Assembly: GCF_006345805.1 (NCBI RefSeq)
Contig: NC_043002.1
Span: 105,896,001 to 105,960,000, forward strand
DNA: 64,000 bases
From: Octopus sinensis
Taxonomy: Eukaryota
Direction of reading: 5' to 3'
Shown: positions 1 through 14,070 of the stretch, piece by piece
Layout: each line of letters begins with the position of its first letter
Numbering within the stretch: the stretch's first letter is position 1
Notes under the pieces: model-generated
The model's database searches: none
What the model was told of the DNA's origin: nothing
What the model saw: only the letters and a program-made list of their open reading frames with translations
Made by a program: the position numbers and the translations under genes

Positions 1-75
1 GCAGGCTAACATGCAGTTTACCATCATAAAAAATGTGAACGTAAACTATCCTAAAACATGAAAATAAATTACAAT

Positions 76-653
76 AGAAACCGGAAGTGACGACAGTGAC
101 ATAGTAAAATTTTATTACAAGAAAACAAAGAACTCCTTCATTATTCCATGTCCACAAAAATCTACATCTATAGACCATTCTAGTGATATGTTAAGTACTT
201 TAGAAAAAGCAGCTGAAAAAAATACTGCATGATGTGATATTGCCAAGAAGGTTTGTTGGATTTCCTACGCTGGTCTTGAACATAAAGTTGTCAACCATTC
301 ACTCAATTTTATTTGTCCAAATGATGAGAGCATCCACACACAGACGATAGAAGAGTGATGGACGCTCGCCAAGAAGGAACTTAGACGAAAATGTGGGACG
401 AATAATTTATTTACATCATATCTTCATGCGCATGTAAGGCAAAACAAATTTAGAGATCGTGAAAATCTATTCACGAATATCTTTTCATGAATCAATGTCT
501 TCCCGTAGATGTAATTGCTTCCATCTTATATAAAATATATATATATACGATTTTCATGTAATAATAAATATATGTATGTTCTGTGCATTGGTTATGTCAC
601 ATATGCTGTATACATAAAATTATGGGATATCACTGTCGCCACTTCCAGTTTCT
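76..653 (+). mobile_element. Merlin/IS1016 (ISXO2-like DDE) transposon, internally deleted, degenerate
   Basis: Frame ending at 490 reads SFIIPCP...CWISYAGLEHKVVNHSLNFICPNDESIHTQTIEE*WTLAKKELRRKCG...SYL, matching the ISXO2 motif H..VNHS..F..P....HTQ.IE..W...K. 25-bp inverted repeat 76-100 / 629-653 (22/25). In-frame stops. Confidence 0.75.
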
Positions 654-717
654 TAGCAATATACATTTATTTTTTTGTGCCGATAAGCTGCATGTTATGG
701 TATGTACATATATCTGC

Positions 718-750
<33 letters not shown>

Positions 751-1659
751 TAAAGAAATTCATTAATAATCTTCCATACATTATCTGGTGTAAGCATTGT
801 GATTAATAAGGTTTCGTTGTATTGACATCTCGTTTGAGAGTGAGAAATTATAAGTAAAACTATGAGATTTGAGGGATTAATTTAGTGCGCTGAGGGTCGC
901 CATTAATTGAGGTATGAGAGGATATCAAGTGAAGGGAGCAATGTGACGAATAAAAGGAAAAGTTTTGGGTAGGAAGACAGACGGATATATCGTTGAAACA
1001 ACGACTAAGCGAGGCCCAGTTAAGGCGACAAGTTGAAATATTTGTGGGAGGAGAGCGACAGAAGGCAGGCAGGTACAATAAACAGCCATAAAAATAGGGT
1101 TACCGTGGCCATGACAGTAATGTGAGGAGATGTAAGCCACTACTGGCACAAAGAAAATAAACAGACAAAGAAAATAAACAGCTTAAGAATTTTCCTGTAT
1201 TAATACTGAAGTAGAATATTTTCTGCAGTAAGCGCAGTAATTACTTTCGCTCCAAAACATTTGAGAGCCAAATGAACTTGCAGATCCATTTGACTTTGTA
1301 GTGTGATTGACGTAACTTTTTCGAGTAGCGTTCAATAAAAAAAAATTAACAATCAGTGTGCACGAACTGGCGCAAACTGCTTCAAGCTCAACACTGTATA
1401 TGTATGTGTGAAAAATAAAAGCTTTGGAGTTGACTTGAAGCGTAGGAGATGATACGAACTGTAATACAGACTAGCCTGGGATAGGTATAGAACGCATAAC
1501 ATCTCATCAGAATAACGATAGGCGACATTTGAGAGGAGAGGTACAAAATTGGATATTTATCAGTGTAAACCGCTGGCCAATTACATGCTGGAAGCTACCG
1601 GGCTAATAACCACGATCGATATGATCCAACCAATTGATTGATTGATAGACAGATGTATT

Positions 1660-1990
1660 TCAGACATTAGACTTTAAGAATTTTTAGTCGAATGAATCGA
1701 CCCTAGTACTTACTTTCTTTTTTAACCTGGTACTAATTCTATCGGTCTTTTGTCAAACTGTTAAGTTACGAAGACGTAAACACACCGGCTGTTAAGAGAT
1801 GGTGGGGAGCAGACACAAATACGCACACGTATATATATATATATATATACAACGGGCTTCTTACAGTTTCCATCTACCAAATTGACTCATAACGCTTTGG
1901 TCGGGCCGAGGCTATAATAGAAGACGCTTGCCCAAGATGTCACACATGATGTTCGGAAACAAACTTCTTAACACACAGCCACATCTGCAC
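1660..1990 (-). mobile_element. tRNA-derived SINE, family B (internal TA/GT microsatellite)
   Basis: Reverse complement matches the full-length copy at 58825-59220 (aagtgtcttctactatagcctcgggccgaccaaagc...ggaaactgaaagaagcccg...gatagaataagtac). Confidence 0.75.
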
Positions 1991-3359
1991 CTATGGCATC
2001 AAGAAATTAGAATTATATATATATAATTCTAATATATGTATATAATTTTAAATTCTTACTTCCACTGAGCGAAGTTTCGTCTTTTGAGGGAATCACTCCA
2101 TTTTGGTTAGTGCAAAAGGATTATAAAACCGTCGCGAAGTACCGTTCGATTTAAACTACAATTACTTTCAATATGGCGACACTGTTCACACGCAACAACA
2201 ATACCTCGGAGCGAGGCTAAGGTTTCTTTCTTACTAGACAAATACCACATATTATGATTTCATTTCACTTTTTTCAACAAAAAAGGATTGTTGCAAGAAG
2301 CCAATATCTTTACTTTTTAGTGAAATACTTTACTGAGTAAGTTGAAAACTAAATTCAAAATTAATCTATATTGTTGTCTTTTAACGAACGTCGTGTACTA
2401 TCTCAAGAAGGAATTAAATTTATATAAATATTAGTAACTGCACATGGTTTTGCATGTATATTTTTAAATATTATACTCCATTAGTTTATAATACATTCTA
2501 CAAGCAAAGTACTGTGCATTATATATTTCTGTAATATTTTTTTCTAACAAAAAAAATTTGTATTATGCTCCTTCTCAAGGGAGCACTATTTTTGTACAGA
2601 ACCGGTTTGGTTTGGTTTGGTTTGTTTGTTTTTCTTGTCTTTTTCTTTGTGGTTTCATCACTGGAGCAAAAACAGCACCCGTTGCCTTTTCTATGTCCTC
2701 CAAGATGGATGGAAAGAAGGAAGAAAGGAAGGAAGTTATTCTGTGACAGAACACTTGGCCCAGGTAGTGGGGTTAAACTAAGCAACGAATTAAGCGTACC
2801 ATCCCAGAACAGAAACTGTCCCTCTAACGAGCCTCCCAACTGCTTCTGTCCACTAGATTTCACTCACTAGTCTTCATACATGACACTTGACCAAGGGCCG
2901 TTTAGTATAATTGAACACCAAACCTCGTAGCTTCAAAGCGAACTCCTATGCACAAACGCATGCTGGCTTCAGTTACATATGCAGAAAATATGAAAATCAC
3001 AGCAGATTCATATTGAGAGTTCGCAATACTAACGGTACGAAAATTTCTTTAAAAACTACTTTCCCTGTGTGGTAGATTTACAAAAATAGTTACACGCCCT
3101 AAGCCAATTGCTAATATAGTTCAGCCCAAACGAACAGGTAAATACAGTTGATGAAGTAAGAACATTTCTTTCTCTCGCTGATGATTACACGATGCTACAT
3201 GAAACATGTATTAGACAAAACAGTTGATACACTAATAATAGTTGTATTTTAATTTGTATTTTACACTTGTGTTATGTGTATGTTAAATCATATTTGTAAA
3301 ACAATGTTTTACAAACAAGCAGAGTGCACTCAGATTTTTTATATGACCTAAACATATTT

Positions 3360-3500
3360 TCCTATCTACTCTAAGCACAAGGCCCGAATTTTTTTTTTCG
3401 AGGGGGGGGGGCAGTCGATTAGATTGACCCCAGTACGCAACTGGTACTTAATTTATCGACACCGAGAGGATGAAAGGCAAAGTCGACCTCGGCGGAACCT
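3360..3500 (-). mobile_element. SINE family A, 3' part
   Basis: gtcgattagattgaccccagtacgcaactggtacttaatttatcgac...gatgaaaggcaaagtcgacctcggcggaa is the reverse complement of the family core seen at 15625-15860. Confidence 0.75.
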
Positions 3501-3653
3501 AAACATATATTGCAAGAGGTATTACGAAATATTCAAGTGTGCGCGCGCACATGCCGTATGTGCTTTATAAACTATATTGACACTCGGACTTCCCATATTA
3601 AGTTCTTTACTTTAAGTAGCCTAACCATGTTCCTATGAACTGGTAACCCCAGG

Positions 3654-3694
<41 letters not shown>

Positions 3695-4439
3695 AACTTA
3701 ACATGGATGTCTTATTAAAACACCGAATACTGGCTTTGTGAGATCTTCTCATATAGGTACTTGGTGCAGAAAAGCATAGATCGTAGCAGACGAGAATCGT
3801 CTGTCATGGGCACCGGAACTTCTATATCACGTGATTTTATTCTATTAGAAGCTATGAGTGGGAGGCGTCCGGTCGCCACATGCCAGCTAAACCTCGCTGC
3901 TACATTTTTAATAAGCCTTCTGGCTATTTGCAAAGTCAGCGTCTGAAAAAAAGGCTGATATTCTATATATCGTAGCAGCAAATGTAATATACATAACACA
4001 CTTGTAAAATACAAATGGAACTAATAACGCAGTATTCAGTGTTTTAACAAAACATTCATGTTAAGTTGGATATACTTCCTAACCACCTTCTTTCTTCATT
4101 GATATCATCCCAACCACCCAACATCCTATCCCCACCCCCCACACCACAACACACACACTAGCACTGACCACTTCCCAGCACACACACACTCACATACCAT
4201 CATCCACACACCCACCCACACACAACCTTCAGTAGAGTCACCACACATACCACTATATGAGCAGCCACACGTTACAGATGCACACACCCACACACGTCAA
4301 AGTCACACCATTCTTACATACACACATACGCACGCGCCCCATTATGTGGGATCACCATCAGTCTCTTATCTCCCTTCAAACTTCTATCAAACTTCTTTCA
4401 AACTTTTTTTATAATCAAGCGCCATGCTTGACTGCTAAA

Positions 4440-4620
4440 TCTACAGGTTTTTCTTTTTTCGTTCCCTGTTTATTTTCTCTTATTCCTTTCTGTTGAAGAG
4501 CGTAGGCTCGAAAAGTAAAAACCTTTCTCATTTTACTGAGTGTCAAACTTATACATCTGCTTGTTGTTCATACACCTGTCTTCGTCTTTTGTTTTTCTAT
4601 AAATTTCAACTACATATATA
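4440..4620 (+). mobile_element. PLE pseudo-LTR relic with hammerhead-like motif
   Basis: cttt CTGTTGA A GAGC GTAG GCTC GAAA AG TA aaa at 4487-4520; homologous to 16850-17030 and 36760-36870. Confidence 0.6.
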
Positions 4621-4649
4621 TATAAGTAGACAGACAGACAGATAGACAA

Positions 4650-4733
<84 letters not shown>

Positions 4734-5320
4734 GCACATATACATATATACATATACAGATTCACGCAGAAACACGCACACGCACGCACACACACACACG
4801 CATGCATGTACACACACACAAACACATATATATGAGTTACCTCTTCCCACCCAGCATAGATTCCATCAAATATTAATAAGAACACGGTCAAGCTGTTTAA
4901 ATCTAACCCTCAGGCTGTGGCTCCAGTGTCGGCCAGTTGGGCTTCGGTGTAAAGTAGGGAACAAAGTATAATGATAACCTTTCTATATGTGGATGCTGCG
5001 ACTAAATCGAATCCTGACAAGGTGACTAAACCTGCCACTAATTCCTGCACCCTTAATGCGCACGTCTCCACCCACCCGCCTCACACCGAGTATGCTGTAT
5101 CGCCACGCCACATGCAACTACCATACAGGAGCCCTCTGTGGCCGACGCTGACCTACCATCCACCGAGCACCACCAGATGGGGTGAGTGTCCGTGCCTCCT
5201 TCCGGTTTGGGCCTGCACTGGAGTGACAGTCGGGCTATCTATCGGTCTGAGAAATCCTTTCCTTTGAAAAGTATATATACATATATATGCATACATACAG
5301 AATATATATACATATATATG

Positions 5321-5397
<77 letters not shown>

Positions 5398-5403
5398 TAA
5401 TAC

Positions 5404-5441
<38 letters not shown>

Positions 5442-5533
5442 CATATATATATATATACATACATATATATCTATATAATATATACATATATATACATACA
5501 TATGCTATACATGCATATATATATACATACATA

Positions 5534-5572
<39 letters not shown>

Positions 5573-5642
5573 TATACATACTTATATATACATACATACT
5601 TATAATATATATATATATATATATAACATATATTATATATAC

Positions 5643-5693
<51 letters not shown>

Positions 5694-5715
5694 CATATAC
5701 AATATATATAATATA

Positions 5716-5792
<77 letters not shown>

Positions 5793-5814
5793 AATTATAT
5801 ATATATATATATAA

Positions 5815-6040
5815 TATCAGTCCCACTGCGTGACATCTTCGGCAAGTGTCTTCTACTATAGCTCCAAGCCTTGTGAGTGGATTTCACAGACGAAAACTGA
5901 AAGAAGTCTATTGTACGTATGTGTGTGTGTTTGTCCTACCCACCCACCATCAACACATAACGATTGGTATTGGTCTGAACTTAGCAGGTCAGCAAGAAGG
6001 GATCAACAGAATAAGTTTCAAACTTTAAAAAAATAAGTAC
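5815..6040 (+). mobile_element. SINE family B, degenerate
   Basis: cagtcccactgcgtgacatcttcggcaagtgtcttctactatagc...aagccttgtgagtggatttcacagacgaaaactgaaagaag. Confidence 0.7.
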
Positions 6041-6243
6041 TGCGGCCGATTTGGCCGATTTCATGTCCAATGATTACAACAAATAAAAGATAAAAGTTAC
6101 GCACGAGTTCGGCCGGAGACGCACGCCGCATGCACACGCGAACACACACACAAAACATACACACACAAGCGTGCTCGCAAAAAAAAAAAAAACACCTAAT
6201 ATTTTATCTGTTGTCCAAATAAAACAGAAAGTCCGAAAACAAG

Positions 6244-6252
6244 AAGATGATG

Positions 6253-6327
<75 letters not shown>

Positions 6328-6345
6328 GTGGTGATGATGATGATG

Positions 6346-6413
<68 letters not shown>

Positions 6414-6425
6414 GTGGTGATGATG

Positions 6426-6457
<32 letters not shown>

Positions 6458-6490
6458 GCTGCTGCTGATGATGATGATGATGATGATGGT

Positions 6491-6544
<54 letters not shown>

Positions 6545-6559
6545 GTGGTGATGATGATG

Positions 6560-6591
<32 letters not shown>

Positions 6592-6594
6592 GCT

Positions 6595-6627
<33 letters not shown>

Positions 6628-6640
6628 ATGATGATGATGG

Positions 6641-6687
<47 letters not shown>

Positions 6688-6700
6688 GTATGATGATGAT
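6244..6700. repeat. (GAT)n microsatellite with GGT/GCT interruptions
   Basis: Direct read; produces the spurious poly-Asp/poly-Met ORF. Confidence 0.97.
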
Positions 6701-6984
6701 AGGGGCTGGTGCTGAAGGTAATAATAATGGCGATGATTGTTATTAAGCCGTTTGTAATTATGTGTTCTACCTCTTACTTTTCTCTGACGGGGTATATCTA
6801 GGACAACGTTATCCAGTCAAGCCTTCCTTTTTTTTTTAATATGATGTTAGGGTGTAATTCGAAGTAGATTTGGCTGCTATTTCTAGCAGACAACGCATAG
6901 ACTTCGCAGTTCCGACCGTGCGAAAGTGTGACAGTCTATATTAAAACGGATTAAAAAAAAAGTTGTCGTTGCTCTTGCAGTTGT

Positions 6985-7210
6985 TGTTGCTGTTGTTTAA
7001 CCACATGTCAGCTTTAATCCGACCGATTCGAGATAAAATTCATTCCAGCCGTAATCTTTTTATTTCTGGTTTTTTTCTGTCTAGGACTACAATGACTCGC
7101 CTGTCCTTTTTAATGATGGAAGGCTGTGCTTTGAGCAAGATTTCGCTGCTATTTCTTACAGGCTGAATGAATTCGGAGCATGTGCAAGTACCCGCATTGG
7201 CTAGCGATAT
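6985..7210 (+). repeat. Interspersed repeat family C (SINE-like), degenerate
   Basis: Starts with ttgttgttg and shares cattccagcc and gctgctatttct motifs with 6720-6920, 8570-8740, 61205-61440 and, reversed, 24770-25060 and 54300-54530. Confidence 0.5.
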
Positions 7211-7575
7211 AGAAATAGTAATGATGGGAACTGGTGTTCTGAGGAGCAAGTGGTATACATGGAAGAGTAGGAGGTGTGGAGAGGGAGAGAGAGAGAGAGA
7301 GAGAAACTGAGTGAGATGAACGTTGAAAAGTGAGAAGCAGAGAGTTGAGCGCGCGCGCGTAAAGAGCTAATATGCGAAGAGAGATATGTGTGCACATGAA
7401 ACGGAGTTTGAGTATGTGTGTGGAGCGAGAGAGAGAGAGAGAGCAAATGTTTATTTGTGTGTATGGATATCTATATATATATATATATATATATACATAC
7501 ATAAAAACACACATATATACACACACACATACACACATATATATATATACATACTATATATATATATATATATCT

Positions 7576-7608
<33 letters not shown>

Positions 7609-7673
7609 TATATATACATACATACATACAAATATACTACATACACTATATAGATTATATATATATATATATC

Positions 7674-7708
<35 letters not shown>

Positions 7709-7719
7709 TAATCAGTTGC

Positions 7720-7755
<36 letters not shown>

Positions 7756-7760
7756 TAGAC

Positions 7761-7803
<43 letters not shown>

Positions 7804-7879
7804 GTTAGATAAATATGAGTGCGTATTGTGCACGGATTTGCGTGAACGTGTTTGGTTTGAATGAAAGAGAAAAAGCGAG

Positions 7880-7882
<3 letters not shown>

Positions 7883-7930
<48 letters not shown>

Positions 7931-8100
7931 TAGTAGTAGTAGTAGTAGTAGTAGTAGTTGTAGTATAGTAGTAGTAGTAGTAGTAGAAGTAGTAGTAGTA
8001 GTAGAGTAGTAGTAGTAGTAGTAGTAGTAGCAGCAGCAGAAGAAAAGAAGAAGAAAGAGAAAGAAGAAGAAGAAAAGAAGAAGAAGAAGAAGAAGAAGCT
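7883..8100. repeat. (TAG)n followed by (GAA)n microsatellite
   Basis: Direct read. Confidence 0.95.
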
Positions 8101-8380
8101 GTACTAGTTGAACAATCAAGTAAACAATATAAAAAGAAATCGGGGGCGAGAGCAATATTAGACAACGAAGGAAGAGTGATTTGTGCATATATTGAGAGAG
8201 AGAGAGACAGAGAGAGAGACAGACAGACAGAAAGATAGATAGAAAGAAAGTAAGAAAAAGGATAGATAGAAGGATGATGGTATAATAAAAGAAAGGAATG
8301 AAGTATGAATGTGTGGTACACACACATAAACAGGGAGACAGAGAGAGAAAGAAAGAAAGAAAGAAAGAAAGGTAGGTAGG

Positions 8381-8485
<105 letters not shown>

Positions 8486-8740
8486 GTGTTGGTATAAGAT
8501 GTGTTGTGTTGAAATAGAAAAGGAGAGATATTTATCGAAGATGTTGAACTGGCAGGATGGTATTTGTTGTTGTTGTTGTTGTTGTTGCTTAATCCCGGGT
8601 CAAGTCTGATGGAACAGACTTATCAGCAAAAGTGTTCAAGCTATGATCAACCTAATTTTTTTATGAATATCCAAGACTACATTATGAAATGTTCTCTTAT
8701 GACAGTAGTGTGCGTGTGTGGGAGACTGGCTGCTATTTCA

Positions 8741-8836
<96 letters not shown>

Positions 8837-9379
8837 TGGATTGATGGAAATGTTTACTATAAGAGATGAGAAAGTCTCTGTATGTGTGAGTGCGTGTGCG
8901 CGCGTGCCTATATATGCGATAAAATAAGACTATGTAAAAAGGAAGCTATGTATATAAATGAGAAATTGTATGTATGTACATAGCGAGAGAGAATGTATAT
9001 ATAAGACTTTGTACACATAACAAGAACGTTTGCGTATAAAGAGAATGTGTTTATAATGACGAGAGACTGTATGAGAAGGCGTGTGTGTAATGAGTATTTG
9101 TGTGTGTATAATGAGAAAGTGCACGTATAAAGACTGTATTATTTGAAGCTGATAGTATGAGAAACTGTATATAACGATTAGTTGTATGTATAAAGAGAAT
9201 GTGCGTGAGCGTGGTGTAATGTAAACGTGTGTGTATAATGAGGTCGAGTGTGTATAATGAAACAGGTATGTATTAGAAATGTGTATATTATATATAATGA
9301 GAAGGAGAAAATCTGAAGGTGTATGGAAAAAAAGAAGAAAATATGGATAAATTAAAGACGGGAAAATATGTAGACAGGC

Positions 9380-9410
<31 letters not shown>

Positions 9411-9433
9411 CAAGGTTTATTCATGTGTGAGAG

Positions 9434-9487
<54 letters not shown>

Positions 9488-9614
9488 CTTGTGTGTGCGT
9501 GTGTGTGTGTGGTGAGTTGTGAGCTGTGACAGGTCCCGCCACTGCAACTCGCTCTTTTCTGCTTTTGGTCCAAATAAACTGCCGGCTTCTACTCCGTCTT
9601 CCAAACAGTCTTAG

Positions 9615-9645
<31 letters not shown>

Positions 9646-10158
9646 AAGCAGAGGCAATAGCAGCAGCAACGTCGGCGGTAACAGCAGCAGCAATAGTAGT
9701 AGTAGTAGTAGTAGCAGCAGCAGCAGCAGCGGTAGTGATGGTAGTGGTGAGTATGACGGCGGCGTGTGTGAAGATAACATTGGAGAGAATTAAGTTCAGT
9801 ACAGTGTGGGAAAGGAACGATGGTCTGACGAACGATCGGTCGGTCGGTCGGTGGAAGTTAGTGGTGTTTGAGATGGAGAGAGAGAGTGTGTGTGCGCGCG
9901 TGCGTATGTAAGTATGCGTGCATACGAGTGTATGTATGTGTGAAATTATCGAAACCGGAAGAGATGGATATACATACATGCATACATGTATATCTTTATA
10001 TTTCTCTATACATGCACACACGCACATATATTTATATCTATATCTGGCATATATGAAACTATTGGTATCGTATTAACACCATTCTACTATTAAAAGAAAT
10101 TATTCATCTACCAATGCGGTGTTGATTACTTTTTAGTTCGTTACTAATGCGTGTATGT

Positions 10159-10215
<57 letters not shown>

Positions 10216-10339
10216 GGCTGGCAGGTAGGCAGATAGGTTGGTTGATAGGTAGGTTGGCTGGTTGGTTGATTGGTTGGTTGGTTGGTTAGTTGGTGGCTGG
10301 TTGGTTGGTTGGTTGGTTGGTGGTTGGCTGGAAGGTAAG

Positions 10340-10398
<59 letters not shown>

Positions 10399-10415
10399 TA
10401 GATAGACAGATAAAC

Positions 10416-10500
<85 letters not shown>

Positions 10501-11419
10501 TTAGATCTTATTCTAAAATTGAGAGAGCAGGGGATGGTGTAGGCATGCGTGTGTGTGAAAGACTTACGGAGGAAAACGGAGGAATGAAACTGCGATAGGC
10601 TCACACACACAGAGAGAAAAAGAATTACACTTGAGTACAGACACACGCACACAAAGATAGAAACACAAAGAGAACTACGTGGACACACCTTTAAAAAAAT
10701 CGCGCGCATACACACACACACACACACACACACGCATACATTTGGGATAAATTCGATCACACGGCAGAGAAAGAAAACGCACGCAGACAGACCACACACA
10801 CGGATAAACAAGCTTGGGTAAATATAAACATACAAAGAGCTACCACATTCATACACATTAACACGTATTTACACATTTATATACACTTTATATGATAACG
10901 GCCAGTAGCAATGTACACAACAAAATAGTTGGGATCTTTCAAAGGTCAGGCGATCGAATCTTATTTGCCCCCCCCCCCATCATCTTCCGTTCATTTAGTT
11001 CCGTTTATTTAAATAAGTTTGCTTTATATATTTATGAATCTCTCAGCTATTTCGACGATGACAATTCAATCAACCGAGTTACCAACTCATTGAATGTGTA
11101 AACAACTGAGTGCTCTACAATAAGCTATCCTTGCCATAGCCCTCTAGCGGAATTTGTGTGACACGGAGCAAGACAAAACTGAACCTTTGAAATAGTTATA
11201 GTTTATCTGACACAATTTCCGTCAACCTATTTTCACTGAGTGGGCTCCGGTGGTTTCGATGTTATTGAGGACACTAAGATGCCAGGCAGTAGAAGCGAAT
11301 CTACGACAACGTAATACAGAGCGAATGTCTTAACCATTCGGTCAGGCTTGCATATACACAATCAACCATTATCATAGAATTCGCATGTAAGTCAGTAAAA
11401 AGTCTCTTGAAATAGAACA

Positions 11420-11645
11420 TATCATACATTCTTTTCTACTCTGGGCACAAGGGTCGAACGTTTTGGGAAGGAGGCCAGTCGATTAGATCGAAACTCAGTA
11501 CGCAACTGTTACTTAATTTATCGACCCCGAAAGGATGAAAGGCAAAGTTGACCTCGGCGGAATTTGAACTCAGAATGTAAAAACAGACGAAATACCACTA
11601 AACATTTCGCCCGGCATGTTAACGTTTCTGCCTGCTAGCCGCCTT
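11420..11645 (-). mobile_element. SINE family A
   Basis: Reverse complement of head-to-tail family A (gcaggcagaaacgttaacatgccgggcgaaatgtttagtggtatttcgtc...gagttcaaattccgccgaggtc). Confidence 0.8.
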
Positions 11646-13016
11646 AGAACATATATATTACACCTAATCACAAACAGAAAATATTACAAAACACATGAGA
11701 GCTAAAAACCTTCTCGTTAATTTGAAACAACAAACCTGTAAACTACACAACAAAATTCAGAGAACTAATGCAATGGATATAAATATGAAAATTGTGAACT
11801 TCATGACTCAAACTATTAGATTGCACAAAAACTTCTGCCCTTTTTCATTGGTTGACCATGTATTCACTGAGCGTCATGACAGAATATTATCATACAGAAC
11901 ACGAAACAAAATTAGAAAACAACTAAGCTAAAAACATTAGCATCGTACATAAAAAATTATCTACAGAAGTTTTCCACTAAAAAATTATTGATGGAAACTT
12001 TAGTAATCGTTAAATCAGAAACGAAAATTAATACAAAAATAAAACACATGGAATGAACTACAGAAATTAAAAAGATTTAACTTTTAAGCAATTTTAAAAT
12101 TCGTCCATGATGATTCTAGCATTTACATCATTCCAACGATCCCATGTTGCCTATTACTAAACGAAGTGACAAACATGTCATTTCTTTCAGAAGATGGAAT
12201 TGAGGTTTTGAAGTGCTAACGGAATTAAGAATGTCATTCTTCTAAACCAAACATAAGGACAGGGTATACCTTTAATGGAATACCTTTAATATAAAATTAT
12301 TAAACTCCAACACAATAGGATTTCAATATAACATTATTGGGAGAAAACCTGTTTCATATGCATATAAGCATGTGTGAGAAAGAGAGAGAGAGAGAGAGGT
12401 GAGAAAGTACGATGCATTCTCTTCTACAACTCGGAAAAGGTCTTTAACGGTTGCCAAGAGAAGACATATGGATGGTTTATCATGCGTTTGATTGCTCAAC
12501 CCACTGCACGTCACTGCTTCAAGTGGTGCAGGACGGCATGTCATCGAATCCAAGTCTCAAAACTGTTTCCAATGTTAAATATGTGTGACTTTAACTAGGT
12601 TGCAATCGAGTATCTACACTCTTTTCCTTGTAATTGTCTGCGATGCCTTTTAAACTTCTCCGAAACAATCCAAATATTGCTATCAAATACCATTTCAGTG
12701 ATTCGATCTCAATGATGCACCAATATCCAACGCAACTCATACCTTTAATGCACACATGACAATGCTACCTCTGACTCACACATCAGGCAATTCAGCAATC
12801 AGCCAACCAATGCAGTCTTCGTGAGTCTTCTTTTACCCGTTTCAATCATTGGACAGAATCACGATGGGTTTTAGTCGAAAACGTCGCATCCAATACTTAT
12901 TTTTTTAAGCCTTGTATTTTATTCTATCGGACACTTTCAGAAAACCACTAAGCACACAAACTAACACCAGTTGTCAAACGGTGGAGAAACACAACACAAA
13001 CGCAAAGACGCACACG

Positions 13017-13060
<44 letters not shown>

Positions 13061-13087
13061 ACACACACACACATAAACACACACACA

Positions 13088-13121
<34 letters not shown>

Positions 13122-13169
13122 ACACACACACACACACGAATATATATAGGTGCGGATGTGTTGTTTTGA

Positions 13170-13275
13170 AGCGTATTTCCATCGGTTCAGTCCCACTGCA
13201 TCGCATTATAACTCCGGCCGACCAATGCCTTGTGAGTGGATTTGGTAGACGGAAACTGAAAGAAGCCCATCGTGT
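13170..13275 (+). mobile_element. SINE family B, 5' half
   Basis: ggttcagtcccactgca...gccgaccaatgccttgtgagtggatttggtagacggaaactgaaagaagccc. Confidence 0.7.
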
Positions 13276-13281
13276 ATATAT

Positions 13282-13407
13282 ATATATAATTCATATACAA
13301 ATACTGTGTACATTTAAACACATAAGAGATGGCCATAACAGGACATCCTGTTATGGCCATCTCTTATGTGTTTAAATGTACACTGTATTTTTATATGAAT
13401 AATATAT
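13282..13407. repeat. Long palindrome: 38-bp perfect arms (13306-13343 / 13346-13383), 2-nt loop, extendable to about 62 bp
   Basis: gtgtacatttaaacacataagagatggccataacagga-ca-tcctgttatggccatctcttatgtgtttaaatgtacac; outer 24 bp pair 21/24. Confidence 0.95.
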
Positions 13408-13697
13408 AGTCTATTGACTAGTTTTTTCTTCTCGCTAGACCACTGGTAGCAAAGAAATTTTCTAAATTTCTTTGCTACCCTAGAATTTATTAATATATAT
13501 ATACGCACACATTCTCAAAATGTAACTATATGTGAATCGTTGGCGATTTTTTTCCTCCGTCTTCCTTTTCTATTGGACTTTCCTCTGTCTCCTGTTTTAC
13601 AAGGTAAAACTGCAACTTTTTTTCTGTTTTCTTTCCTTTCGTAGTTTACTTTACACACCTTTTCGCATTGTTTCGGCCTTACACAACAACCTTTTTA

Positions 13698-13804
<107 letters not shown>

Positions 13805-14070
13805 TACAGACAGACATACAGACAGACATACAGACAGACAGAGCAATTTAAGTCCGTTTCGAAGCCACGGGCCTATTAGGCTAGTTCAAACCCATTGGAT
13901 CAAACACGGAAGCACGAAATTACGAAGCGAACTTCTTAAACACATAGTTATATACTGTACTTCTTTATATATAACTTATAGATACTTTATCAATGTATGA
14001 AATATACATATAGAAATGTATCTAATTGTATGTGTGTGTATGTGAGCGTACGTGTTTGTGTGAGTGAGTA

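Noticed and set aside
6171-6494. Poly-Asp/poly-Met ORF
   Set aside because: Pure (GAT)n tract without supporting exon structure.
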